A stretch of 62,657 bases of DNA, counting the filler, from Nemertoderma westbladi (Eukaryota; Animalia; Xenacoelomorpha): the NCBI GenBank assembly GCA_032718475.1. It is 5 parts of 5 records of this genome, joined end to end, with 100 filler letters (N's around TTAATTAATTAA, not from the genome) between each part and the next. Parts side by side here need not be neighbours in the genome. Positions count along the whole stretch, not along the records: positions 14,821 to 31,331 come from JAUCBJ010000902.1; positions 31,432 to 48,139 come from JAUCBJ010007618.1; 3 more parts are not named here. One strand, 5' to 3'. Within the stretch, counting starts at the first letter, position 1. Each line of letters begins with the position of its first letter. Positions 25,460 to 36,554 of the stretch are shown here, one piece after another. Below the pieces are notes generated by a model. That model ran no database searches. It was not told where the DNA came from and saw nothing but the letters and a program-made list of their open reading frames with translations. The position numbers and the translations under genes were made by a program.

Positions 25460-27882
25460 TAGATAGGTTCCACCAGCCGGCAGCAGACACTGATTCTTTG
25501 AGAAAGCTGAAAGCGTGGAGGGCCAGCGTTATATTAACAGATTCAACGGCTTCTTCCAATTGAGACACCAATAACCGAAAGTAACGGACCGCCTGCATGA
25601 TTGCCGCCTGCCGACCCATTGATTACCCATCCACCCCGACTGAGCTCTCGGTACGGGTACGGGTATCCTCGCCCAAAACAGCCAAGTCTCTATCCGCCTC
25701 GAGAAAACGAGAAACTCGATCGAAATGCCTCGGGGGAGTTTATCCGTCCGTAATCGCCGACCACTACGGATTATCCCCGTACCCGTAGAATTCCCGGTCC
25801 CGCATGCCGCAGCTTCCGACCCAATTCGATAATGAATTGGACTCCCACTTTCGCGCCGCAGAGAATGTAATCGTGTTATCTGGTGCGATACACGTCTGTC
25901 AGACGCAGCCGTTCAGCCATCCCCCCAACCCCAAGGCGATCCAGTGCCGGATTAAGCCTCTGGTGGCCCTAAGGCACATTTTACTAATTTCCAAAAATGG
26001 CCCGAAAATTGATATTTTTCCGCAAACCCTTTCAAAATAAAAAGCTGCTAAAAACAACTGAAATTGTGAAAATGTTGCGAAGGAAATATAAAGTATTTTC
26101 GTTGGATGACTGACTGCAAATAACTACTAAGTACTTTAATAATAAGTAGGCCTACTTTGCAAAAATAGTTTTCATCAAGAATTGTAACATTACTAAACGG
26201 CATATTATGCCTATAAAACCTTTGCTATAAAAAGTGTAATGGTTTTGGTAGAATTTCTCAAGCTTTAATTTTTTAATATATTAATGGGACCATTACTGCA
26301 TTACCCAAAATCTATTTGTTTAATTTATAAAGCTACTATTCTGAAACTTTAACACAATGATCTGTGATCTTTTATATACTACCGTATGAAAACTGAGTAT
26401 AGGTAGATTCATTAACCGTTTGTTCGAAAAATATGGCACTTTTTGAGCAGGTCGGTTTTTTCAAAATTAGGTGCAAAAAATATTGTTACAAAATCGGCTC
26501 TAGAAGATCCAAATGGCAATGTTTTACAAAACCAACGATAGTAGTCCTAAAGCTGCTGAACATTTTGGTATATGTTTGATGGCAATTGAGTAAAAAATAA
26601 AATAGTAGTAGGGAATTCAGTGATGAAAAAAGTCAAAATCGACAAACTGATAAAAAGGTTGTTTTATACAGAGAGTCATAAATATCAGCACTATATTATG
26701 TTGTTGAAAAGAGCAGTTTTGAGGTCAAAAAATAATTCAATGTTGAATACCGATATCACCTTATGAAAGCCCTTCTATCAAAATACAAAAAAATTGTGCA
26801 AATTTGGAAAATTTCATTTCTGTGGTGGTTAGAGTTGGCCCCCTTAAGGCTGACTAGGCTCCTGTAGGAATTTAGCAATTTTGATCGGATCGTGAGAATG
26901 TGTTATTTATATTCTGTAGGGTAGGTTTTGCACGGTAGGCCTATTTATCTTTACAGGACTTGCTGAGAAATATAACACACCGTAAGTGTGGGCTTTGTGC
27001 AAAGATATAATATTTCTGATCTAGATTTGGACTTGCTGAGAAAGTAATGTTCTCCGATAGAAAACAGTCTTGGAAAAAAGTACTTTTTGTCACTAATTTT
27101 AATTTACCAAATTCAATTATGCTGCCTAAAATGCACCTAAAATGCCATCGAATGCAAAATTTAAATTTGTGTCAAGAAGTTATTTCTGACACGTTTTTTT
27201 TTATCACCAACTATTCTATCTACAATTAATTTATCCTTTTTTTATCTATTAGGGCCTATATTTATACAAAAAAAAAAATAATAATTTCGCACTACCATAT
27301 CTCCACGCCATACATTTACAATGAACAGTATTTCCAGTATGTCACCACGTCATTATTTGGTTCTACCAGAAAGTTTGAGAGCATAACTACAAATAATTCC
27401 TCACAAATAAATAAAACTGAATTCTCCATTGTTCATAATTACCACTTTAAAGTTTTTCTGCCCATGTTTTATTATTTCCCTGCCATCAGGTCTCTAACTA
27501 ATAAAACAGCACCTATCGGTCGACTGAGCTAGAATTTTGCACTTTCTATCAGAAATTTAGGGATAGAAAGTAGTCGAAAGATGCACTTTCGTGCTCTACA
27601 AATTTTAGTGAGAAAAAATGTGGACTTTTCAGATAAAAATATTTTTTTTCACAAGAATGACTCGCTGTGAAAAAATGGCCCGTATTTTCGGTTGGCCCTA
27701 AGGCACGTGCCTTATATGCCTTAAGGTTAATCCGGCACTGAGGCGATCCGGTCCGCCGCTAAACCCAGATCGCATCGCGCATCGCTGACTCTTCCCGCCG
27801 CACTCCATGCTCGGAGTAAGAAACTCGGCAGCGGCCCGCATTACGATCCGACTGACCCCGTGTTCCCAGTGTAGAAAATATA
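25460..27882 (-). pseudogene. Aldehyde dehydrogenase family 3 (fatty aldehyde dehydrogenase-like) fragment, split by a hAT insertion
   Basis: Minus strand reads IFYTGNT..RIVMRAAAEFLTP..ECGGKS (27749-27882), then QTCIAPD, EFYG, IMQ..GPLL, LEEAVESVN and LALHAFS (25460-25941); many indels. Confidence 0.8.
25942..27740. mobile_element. Non-autonomous hAT element
   Basis: TIR CAGTGCCGGATTAA / TTAATCCGGCACTG; perfect 8-bp TSD AGGCGATC at 25934-25941 and 27741-27748; subterminal GGCCCTAAGGCAC at both ends. Confidence 0.92.
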
Positions 27883-29051
27883 ATCAAACATTACTGCTTT
27901 CATTGCTGCATTGAACACAACTACCGGTACGCAAAATACTGCAATCTATAAACCCAGATACCTGCTACCGGTTGCCGGTAGGCCTACTGGTAAAAGCAGT
28001 ACAGCAGTGTTTTATGTGAAGTAAATAATCTTAATTTAGCGACATCTTATAAGCAACTAAATTTATAATGTATGAAAAGACCAAATGAAATTCAATATTA
28101 ATTGTCACCTGTCTGCATGGATGGTTGTTTTTAGATTATCTTTCATTTGGCGGTCCAGTTCGCCAATCTGTCGATCCAGTTCGGTTCAGTTCGGTCCAGA
28201 TTCGAGTATAGAACTATCCTTAATTCACTGAGGCAAGTTTGCTGCTAACATTTAAATTTCCAGGAATCTGCTGTAAATAGCGAGCTGCACAAACTAAAAA
28301 TCGTGATCAGGAGGGTCAAAGCGGTCAGCTGTTTCCCATGGACCACTTCATCATGTTTACAGAAGCGCAGTAAGGAGGGGGGGGGGGGGGGGGATTGGGG
28401 ATTGGGGATTCAGGGATTGATCCACCCCTCATTGACTTATTGATAACAAAACAGAAATGGAACCTACATCGTACTGTACAATACAATACACTATAATCCG
28501 TAATATAGGATCATTTTCTGACATGGATATGGACTCCACCCCCCCCCCCCCCCCCCCATTTGTTCGTATTGCGGCCAGTCTTCACATTAGCCGCTATTTG
28601 GACATATACTACTACTAGGATCGGCATGCTGCATTACAGCTGCATTGCTGTGCCGGCCTGTCGAAAAAATCGCGTCGCCACAACTCACTATCACCCATGA
28701 CATTTTCTAGATCATCCACATCTTCAAGGCCAGTGTCCTTTAAGGTGCGTCTCAAGAAAGTCATGGGCTGTCCACCATGCTTATTCACTCCATGAGGCTG
28801 TCAAAGCATAAGATTATGCACTGGCTGGTCCCCACGGCGAAAGCAATACACATACACAGTATTTGGAAAGCTCCGCTAAGAAACAGCTGAGATAGAGTCG
28901 TTGACATATTACCAAGAATTATCGTTCTCTTGAGGTCATTTATTCTATTTAATAATTACACAACGTTCTGGAACATTTTGTTGATGAATAGCAATGATTA
29001 ATGATGTATGTGATTACTTTGTGGAACTACGCAATAGAGATAGGCCTACAG

Positions 29052-29116
29052 CAAGGACTTCTAGAACATAGTATATATTCGTACATAGAATATATACTAT
29101 GTTCTAGAAGTCCTTG
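29052..29116. repeat. Perfect 29-bp-arm hairpin
   Basis: CAAGGACTTCTAGAACATAGTATATATTC-gtacata-GAATATATACTATGTTCTAGAAGTCCTTG. Confidence 0.95.
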
Positions 29117-30359
29117 GATAGGTATACCTTTGTGGCCCATCTACATATGAAATAAATAACACATTCAAGAATTTTGGATATTATTATTAAAAGGAATAAA
29201 TGGCCTTTAAATAACGATAATTCTTGCTATTATGAAACCCTACAGTATATCGTTATATTGTACTGTATCTCAGTGTTAGCGCATTTGATAAAATATGTTC
29301 TTTCACTCTCAATTTCCATATATTGTGACTTCTTTCTGTTACTTAATAAACCATGCAAAATGAAGGCAAAATGTCCGGTCTGATACAGTGAACGGGAGTT
29401 GCGCTAGTGTACCTGTCACCGAGGGCCGCTCACTGTATCTGTTTATTTACCCTTTCTCCCTTCGATGTATTGATTTGCTCTATATTTCACTTAGTTCAAT
29501 ACGGTATTTGATTATCTATTGTATTTAACTGAGATATGATACCGGGAGGGTGTGACAACAACACAGTAAAACAAGCAAATGACTGACTAATTAATTTTGT
29601 AAGGACTCAAGTCTGGTGATTGTGTTTCCCTTTAGGGGAAACGTATTGTGACAAGTCTTTGGTCTAATTATATTGATATTACTACAGTATTCAATTTGTG
29701 ACAACTCTCAATCGTGATGCAATTAATAATAAGAGCTTTGCTTATATTAATGGTCTGAAATATCGCCATATATTAATTATTTAGTAAGTCAGAGATATGA
29801 CAACACACAAATCTGATACAATTGTCCAGATTATCACTGATACTTAGTTACAGCAACCCACCTGTTGTGGCGCGTGTAAAACTTCCTTGATTCTGTAATA
29901 TCGGCGATATATTTATTAAGCAAATAATAAAGAGAAATTGAATTTACCAGTAGAATATCCAATAATAATAATTATAACTCAATTATTAACTCTTTAAGTT
30001 TAGACCTTAGGCCTGTAATAACCACCAGTCAATTAAACCTGACCGGGGATCAGTGCCTCTGCATGGGCAATACGACTTCTTCTGTACAACAATAACAAAA
30101 AGAGTAAATCAACCACAGAACAACCACACTTATATACCAGCTTATCAGTAAGGAGCATAGCCAATAAGGCATCACGTATTCCATTGAGGCTTAACAGGCT
30201 GAACAAATCAGTTCGAATATGGGTATAATAGCACTAGATGGCGTAAGAACCCTTACTAGAGAATAATTCGATAGAAATAACCAATACTATATCGTAACCG
30301 ACTTTATCAATATAAAATGGTGTTTTGAGCTTAAAATTAGTAAAATAAGTAATCTAAAA

Positions 30360-30730
30360 GGCTAAGTTCACACGTGTAGCAACACTCAGAGGTTTCTTAA
30401 CGGAATTCCGACATTGTTACATATTTGGAATCCCACAGGTAGTCCAATGAAGAATCCTAGTCTAATGTGAAGAATTGTGGCTGCGATACGAAAGGTACAA
30501 TTTCGACAAAGACAGTTTTTTAACACGCTTATAAAAATTTAAAGGCAAAGTTAGTTGTGTTTCAATTTGTGTAACGCAGTTGTGGTTCAAATTGTGTGTC
30601 GTAGTTGTGGTTCAAATTTCTTGATTCAAAATTCTGATAAACATTTGTAGAAAAATATGGATGGGGGGGGGGGGGGGGGGGGGGTCCGTATCATGAGAAA
30701 AGACACTATATTACAGGTCATGGTGTACAA
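30360..30730 (-). mobile_element. Dispersed repeat family A copy
   Basis: Inverted match to 830-1270 (TTGTTACATATTTGGAATCC, poly-G tract). Confidence 0.65.
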
Positions 30731-31331
30731 ATCATATAAAAAACAAAAGGTTAAACTCCACTGTTAAATTACAAGTACACTACAGTACTGTAGGCCTACT
30801 TGTTCGCGCTTTTGAAGACCTTTGGCAGTTTAACCTGCCAAAATTTATATGTCTTTTAGTTGATTAAAACACCTTTAGCATACGACAATATTTTATGCTA
30901 ATAAACAAAACATTAACCGAAGCCAGCCCATGCGCGATCATTCACCCGATGGATCTACACCCGGGAGGCTGAATTCGGCTGCTTAAATTTTATTATTGCA
31001 GTGTAAGGTTGCAGTGTAAACCTACTGTATTATTCGATTGATCGTTAATAATTAATTTCTGACAGATATTATTAGCTTTCGGGAAATATTAACAGTTCCT
31101 TTAGGAAGTGGCGCTCTATCTATTTAAACAGAGCTAGGACTTATACTAAACGCAACGATACTGCTTATGATTAAAGTATAAGGCGCATTCTTTAGGAAAT
31201 GCTTTGTTACCAATCACAATCATGCACACTATTTTGCCGACCGTCAGTAAATTTGATCACACATAAAGAGAGCAGCAATTGACTCATGTAGGGTCTGCTA
31301 AATAACATTAGATTCAATACACACCACATTG

Positions 31332-31431
31332 NNNNNNNNNNNNNNNNNNNNNNNNNNNNNNNNNNNNNNNNNNNNTTAATTAATTAANNNNNNNNNNNNN
31401 NNNNNNNNNNNNNNNNNNNNNNNNNNNNNNN
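31332..31431. other. Artificial contig spacer
   Basis: N44-TTAATTAATTAA-N44. Confidence 0.97.
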
Positions 31432-33710
31432 AGATGGAACATGGGACATAATCACTTTCGACCCATGGGTCATACTCATAACAAACGATTTATGACATAC
31501 CAGTGGAAGCGCTCCTATTTTGACTTATGACATAGGCCTATACGACATACGACGGTCCGACGAATCTGTACAAAAAAGTACAAAATAGTACAAAAGACTG
31601 AAAGAGTACAAAAGAGTACAATAAAGTGCAAAAATAGTACAAAAGAGTGCAAAAATAGTACAAAAGAGTACAAACGAGTGAGTAACGCATACAAAACGTG
31701 TATACCAGTCAGCCAGTGTATGGTGTAGTCTACAGGTCTACACTACTACACTACACTGCTACACTTGTATATAAATATAATTAATTGTAAGCAAATGCAA
31801 CGGGACCGAAATATGCGCCGCTACAGTGTCAACTGTCAATCACTAGCGGCCTTGGTTCTGTGGTCAGTATGAAATGATTGACAGAACTTTGATTCATATA
31901 GATTTTGACTGGCTTACAAGTAGAAATAGGCTACAGTTCGTATAATACAATATAATACAATACTATGCAGTGGGTATGGGTAGTATGTAATGTATGCCTC
32001 TATCTGCAACTTTATTAAGTTCTTCCTCTGCAATTTTGCGGGCTTGGGACCGTTTTTTGTGTTTTTTGAACACAAAAGGCTGCATTAAAACTCATAAGAT
32101 TGTATTATAATAGGGGCCTACTCTGACCACTGACTGCTAGATCAGCCTCCGCTCAATGCATGGCTCGCACCACAATCAGACAATGCTTTGTTTTATTTTG
32201 CACATCATGTGCGCCCCTCTAAACGATTTGAACTACACTTGGATACACGTTTTGCAAGCGTTTCTCACTCGTTTGTACTCTTTTGTTCTATTTTTGCACT
32301 CTTTTGTACTCTTTTTGCACTTTATTGTACTCTTTTGTATTCTTTTGTACTATTTTGTATTTTAAAGTAATAAAGTAGAAAACAAAGCAATACAGGAAAT
32401 GCATGGCCTACTTTTGAAAATTAATCTTTCAAATTTGTCATTGGGCGAATTATTTCGGTTTTCTAAACAAATTAGAGATTTCCTAAAATTTTTCCTCGCC
32501 GTTTAGAAACTTTTCACAGCGGTCATTTTGAAAAAAAAACCCTGCCTGATACCGGCATAATACAAAGATAAGTCGACATACGACATATATGCCTCTACCA
32601 GTTTACACCTAAATATATTGATATAAATATAATATAACCTACCAGTACTGACTGACTTTTTTATTTAATTAAATTATCAAAAAAAGTATTTGGCCCGATT
32701 CATTGTTAACTAGGTGTTCTAGGAAATACTCTTGTAATGCGTGCTTAAAAGTTTTGACATTTTTGATTTCCTTGAAGGCATTCGGTAGTTTATTCCATAG
32801 ACCAGTCAGCCAGTAGACGTGGCCCTGCAGCCCTGAGTATGTGCAGTAGTATGCAGGTATGTATTGCATTATACAGTTATATTGCTGTATTGTATTATAC
32901 GAAGAGTAGCCTATTTCTACTTGTATTGTACAGTTGTCTGGTTGTATGCCAGTCAAAATCTGCATGAATCAAATTTCTGTCAATCATTTCATACTTTGTA
33001 CTTGGCAGCTTGGCCACAGAACAGCAGAACCAAGGCCGCTAGTGATTGACATTGACTGACAGTAGTGCAGTAGTGTGTAGCAGTGCATATTTCGGTGCCG
33101 TTGCATTTGCATTCAGGCATTTGCTTACAATTAATTATATTTATAGGCCTATACAAGCTGGCAAGTGCTGAAGTGTAGTGTATAGCCAGATAGCAGTATA
33201 GGCTGATAGGCAGATAGGGGCCTACAGGTACTACACCTGTTTCAGTTTCAGTTTAGTAGTTTCATACACTCTTTAATTAACTTCAATTAAAATCATCAGA
33301 TATAAAATGAACCACAATGAGGCACTGCAACATAGAATAGTAAATTTAAATTAAATGTTATAAAACGGGTATTGAACATTATTACATCACCGGTACTGTA
33401 TAGTTGACAATAAAAACGATATACATTTATTTTGTTGCACCATGTTAAATTAGATATTCAGTTTTCAGTTTCATACACTCTGTAATTAATTTCAATTAAA
33501 ATTAGATTTAAGTGGACAATACCGGAATATACTGTAGTTGACAATAAAACGTTATACATTTATTTAGTTGCACGATGTTAATTACGTATTTAAAATTAAA
33601 AGTAATTATAAGAGGGGGAAGACCACCTAGGCACTCGGCACTTATAGGGGCCATTATATTTACATTTGAGAAAATAAAAATATAAAACATAAAACCGTTC
33701 TCTAAGTAAA

Positions 33711-36554
33711 CTACATAAAACGGTCAAATTGACACCACTGCAAAAAATCGACACCTAATAATCTACGTGTAAAAACTTGTACTGATACCGAATCTACTAC
33801 ATGTGATGGAAGAGAGTTCCAGATGGGCACTACTCTATTTGCAAACGAGTGTTTGGAAATGTTTAGCCGCGATTGGCACACAAACAGCTTATGGGAATGC
33901 CCCCGAAGCCCTAGTCTAGGTGCGTATGTGAAAAAACTATGAAAAGACAAATCCACTAAATTTCTTTCAATTTTATACACCATTCTCAGGTCAAAAGTAA
34001 TGCGCCTAATTTCTAATGGCATAAGGCCAAGGCTTTGTAATCTGTCTAAATAACTTATGTAAGGAAAATTACATCTAGCAAATAATCTGCGTGTAAAATA
34101 TCTTTGCACCCGCTCTATCATGTCTATTGCATATATTAGATGTGGCGACCAGACAGAGGTGTTGTATTCCACCAATGGCCGGACATAAGATCTATAGGCT
34201 GTAAGAAGTGCAGATTTATTTGCTGTATGAAAACACCGAAAAATCATATTTATAATTTTAAAAGCCTTAGCCGATTGTTCCCTACAATATACTTGAAATT
34301 TTAAATCAGGGCACATAATAATTCCTAAATCCTTGCAACTTGTCAAATGTTCTAATTCCTTACCATATAGACAATACGGCAGATATGGATTGGATGCACC
34401 AATGTACATTACTTTACACTTATCAATAGCTAGTGTGAGCTGCCAATTCGAGGCCCAAGTCTCTAAAATATCTAAACATGCTACTAACTGTGAATGGGAA
34501 GATGAAGGGGCATATAACTTTACATCATCGGCATAAAGTTGACAAGTAGCACCATTAAATAAATCCGGTAAGTCATTAATGAAAATGACAAATAGAATAG
34601 GACCAATAACACTACCCTGTGGAGTACCAGAGGGGACGTCATGGGCTGCAGAAAAACAATTTCCTACAACAACTCGCTGGGTACGATTAGTAAGGAAAGC
34701 TTCCAACCAAGCTAGAAGGTCACCTCCAATTCCGTAACCAGCAAGTTTACATATTAATTTACTATGTACCACACGGTCGAACGCTTTGGCGAAGTCTATA
34801 TAAATGGCGTCCAGAGGTCGTTTTCTATCAGCCAATTTGCGCCAGTCATTTAAACACTCTAATAATTGCGTACCAGTAGAGCGACGCTTCAAAAAGCCAT
34901 GTTGGGCCTTAGTAATAAGTTTGTGTTGTATGAGATAATCAACTAGTTCATTTTTTATGCAAGTTTCCATGATTTTACATGCGACACAGGTTAGTGAAAC
35001 TGGTCGATAATTGTAAGGATCTGAAGCGTTACCCTTTTTAAAAATAGGAACAATATTAGCGGTCAACCAAATCGATGGTAAGGCATGAGTAATAAATGAT
35101 AACTGAAATATAATCGATAATGGCAGTGCTAAAGTATGTGATAGTTTATAGAAGAGTATGCTGGGAAGACTATCAGGTGAATTGCTACTCTTTGGCTTTA
35201 AATTGTTAAGAACAGAGAAAACTTTCTCAACGTTAAAATTTATCTCAGACTTGGAAACACCAGCATTTACTTTACTATTGAAAGAGGGCACTTTGCCATT
35301 ATCCTGTATATAATTCTCTGACAGCACGTTTGAAAATATATGAGCCTTGGCAGCATCGTCTATAACAGTAGCACCATTATACTTAAGAGGAGGAATACCA
35401 GAACTGATTTTACGTTTAGTGTTTACAAAACGAAAAACAGCGTCTGGGCAACCGGATGTAAGAAGGCGATTTTCACGTACACAGGTAGACCGGTAAATAG
35501 CACGGGAAATTTCCTTTACACATCTGTTATACTCAAGGCGGCCAGAGGCAGTATGCCGGCGGCGCCACAATAATTTCTTTTTACGCTGCAGTTTAAGAAT
35601 ATGATCGGGGTGAGGAGTTTTACGATCCTTAAACTGTTTGAATGGCACAAACTGCTCTATCCCATTTTTTAAAACAGATGCAAAGGTTTCCCAATAATCA
35701 TCCACTGTACTACAAGAACTAAATTGATCCTGCCAAACATATGAATTCAGATACGATGAAAAACTTACATAATCGGCATCTTTAAAATCATAGTAACCAA
35801 AATATTTGGTGCTATCGGTTTCATCATTGCCGCGTAAATTGAAAGTAAGACTATTATGGTCACTACTAGAGAAAGGTTCAATTACATTAACATTACTGAT
35901 GTAGAGGTCATCAGTGGAAAAAATTAAATCTAGAATATTGTCAGGGTCCTGGCGTGTAGGTTTATCAACATATTGGGTCAAACCAGCTTCTAAAAACACA
36001 TTGGAAAAAGACTCATAAATACCAGTATGTGGAAAAGTAAAATTGCACCAGTTAAAATCCGGTAAATTAAAATCTCCAAAAACAATTGCAGGGTAGCTAA
36101 CATCGCACAATTCAGACAAACAAGAGCAAAACAAATTATTATATTCCAGATAACTACTACTTGACCAAGTCAAGATATCATCTGTAGTACGATAAGCACA
36201 TATTAAACGAGAGGGACTCTTACCAATTAAATCGACTACTATAATTTCACAGTTAGAAAACATTTCGGGAATGCACACTCGTACACACTTTATTGAATTT
36301 TTCACCAAAATAACTACACCGCCGCCATTGCCAGTGATAGATCTATCCTTCCTAAACACTTGGTAATTGTGATAAGTACCATTAATCATACTATCAGTAA
36401 CTGTATTGTTGAGCCAAGTCTCCGTGACACCTATAATGTCATATTTAGAACTGTTAAGTAAAAATTCAAACTCAGACAATTTATTCTTTAAAGAACGGCT
36501 GTTAAATACGAGACAGTCCAACAAAGGATTTCTAGTTATAGTGGCCTCCCCCAC
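33711..36554 (-). CDS. CR1 ORF2: APE endonuclease plus reverse transcriptase
   Basis: VFNSRSL, GVTETW, GDFNLP, ILDLIF and SDH (endonuclease); YRPVSLT, QHGF, IDFAKAFDRV, GTPQGSVIGP, LYADD and KDLG (RT); 947 codons with no stop. Confidence 0.96.
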   Translation of the reverse strand: MGEATITRNPLLDCLVFNSRSLKNKLSEFEFLLNSSKYDIIGVTETWLNNTVTDSMINGTYHNYQVFRKDRSITGNGGGVVILVKNSIKCVRVCIPEMFSNCEIIVVDLIGKSPSRLICAYRTTDDILTWSSSSYLEYNNLFCSCLSELCDVSYPAIVFGDFNLPDFNWCNFTFPHTGIYESFSNVFLEAGLTQYVDKPTRQDPDNILDLIFSTDDLYISNVNVIEPFSSSDHNSLTFNLRGNDETDSTKYFGYYDFKDADYVSFSSYLNSYVWQDQFSSCSTVDDYWETFASVLKNGIEQFVPFKQFKDRKTPHPDHILKLQRKKKLLWRRRHTASGRLEYNRCVKEISRAIYRSTCVRENRLLTSGCPDAVFRFVNTKRKISSGIPPLKYNGATVIDDAAKAHIFSNVLSENYIQDNGKVPSFNSKVNAGVSKSEINFNVEKVFSVLNNLKPKSSNSPDSLPSILFYKLSHTLALPLSIIFQLSFITHALPSIWLTANIVPIFKKGNASDPYNYRPVSLTCVACKIMETCIKNELVDYLIQHKLITKAQHGFLKRRSTGTQLLECLNDWRKLADRKRPLDAIYIDFAKAFDRVVHSKLICKLAGYGIGGDLLAWLEAFLTNRTQRVVVGNCFSAAHDVPSGTPQGSVIGPILFVIFINDLPDLFNGATCQLYADDVKLYAPSSSHSQLVACLDILETWASNWQLTLAIDKCKVMYIGASNPYLPYCLYGKELEHLTSCKDLGIIMCPDLKFQVYCREQSAKAFKIINMIFRCFHTANKSALLTAYRSYVRPLVEYNTSVWSPHLIYAIDMIERVQRYFTRRLFARCNFPYISYLDRLQSLGLMPLEIRRITFDLRMVYKIERNLVDLSFHSFFTYAPRLGLRGHSHKLFVCQSRLNISKHSFANRVVPIWNSLPSHVVDSVSVQVFTRRLLGVDFLQWCQFDRFM

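Larger units (their letters stand above)
23407..28219. mobile_element. Pack-MULE-like element carrying a captured ALDH3 fragment
   Basis: ~310-bp TIRs (23407-~23716 and ~27893-28219, GGATA...TATCC); 9-bp TSD TTCATTCAC/TTAATTCAC (one mismatch); no transposase ORF. Confidence 0.85.
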
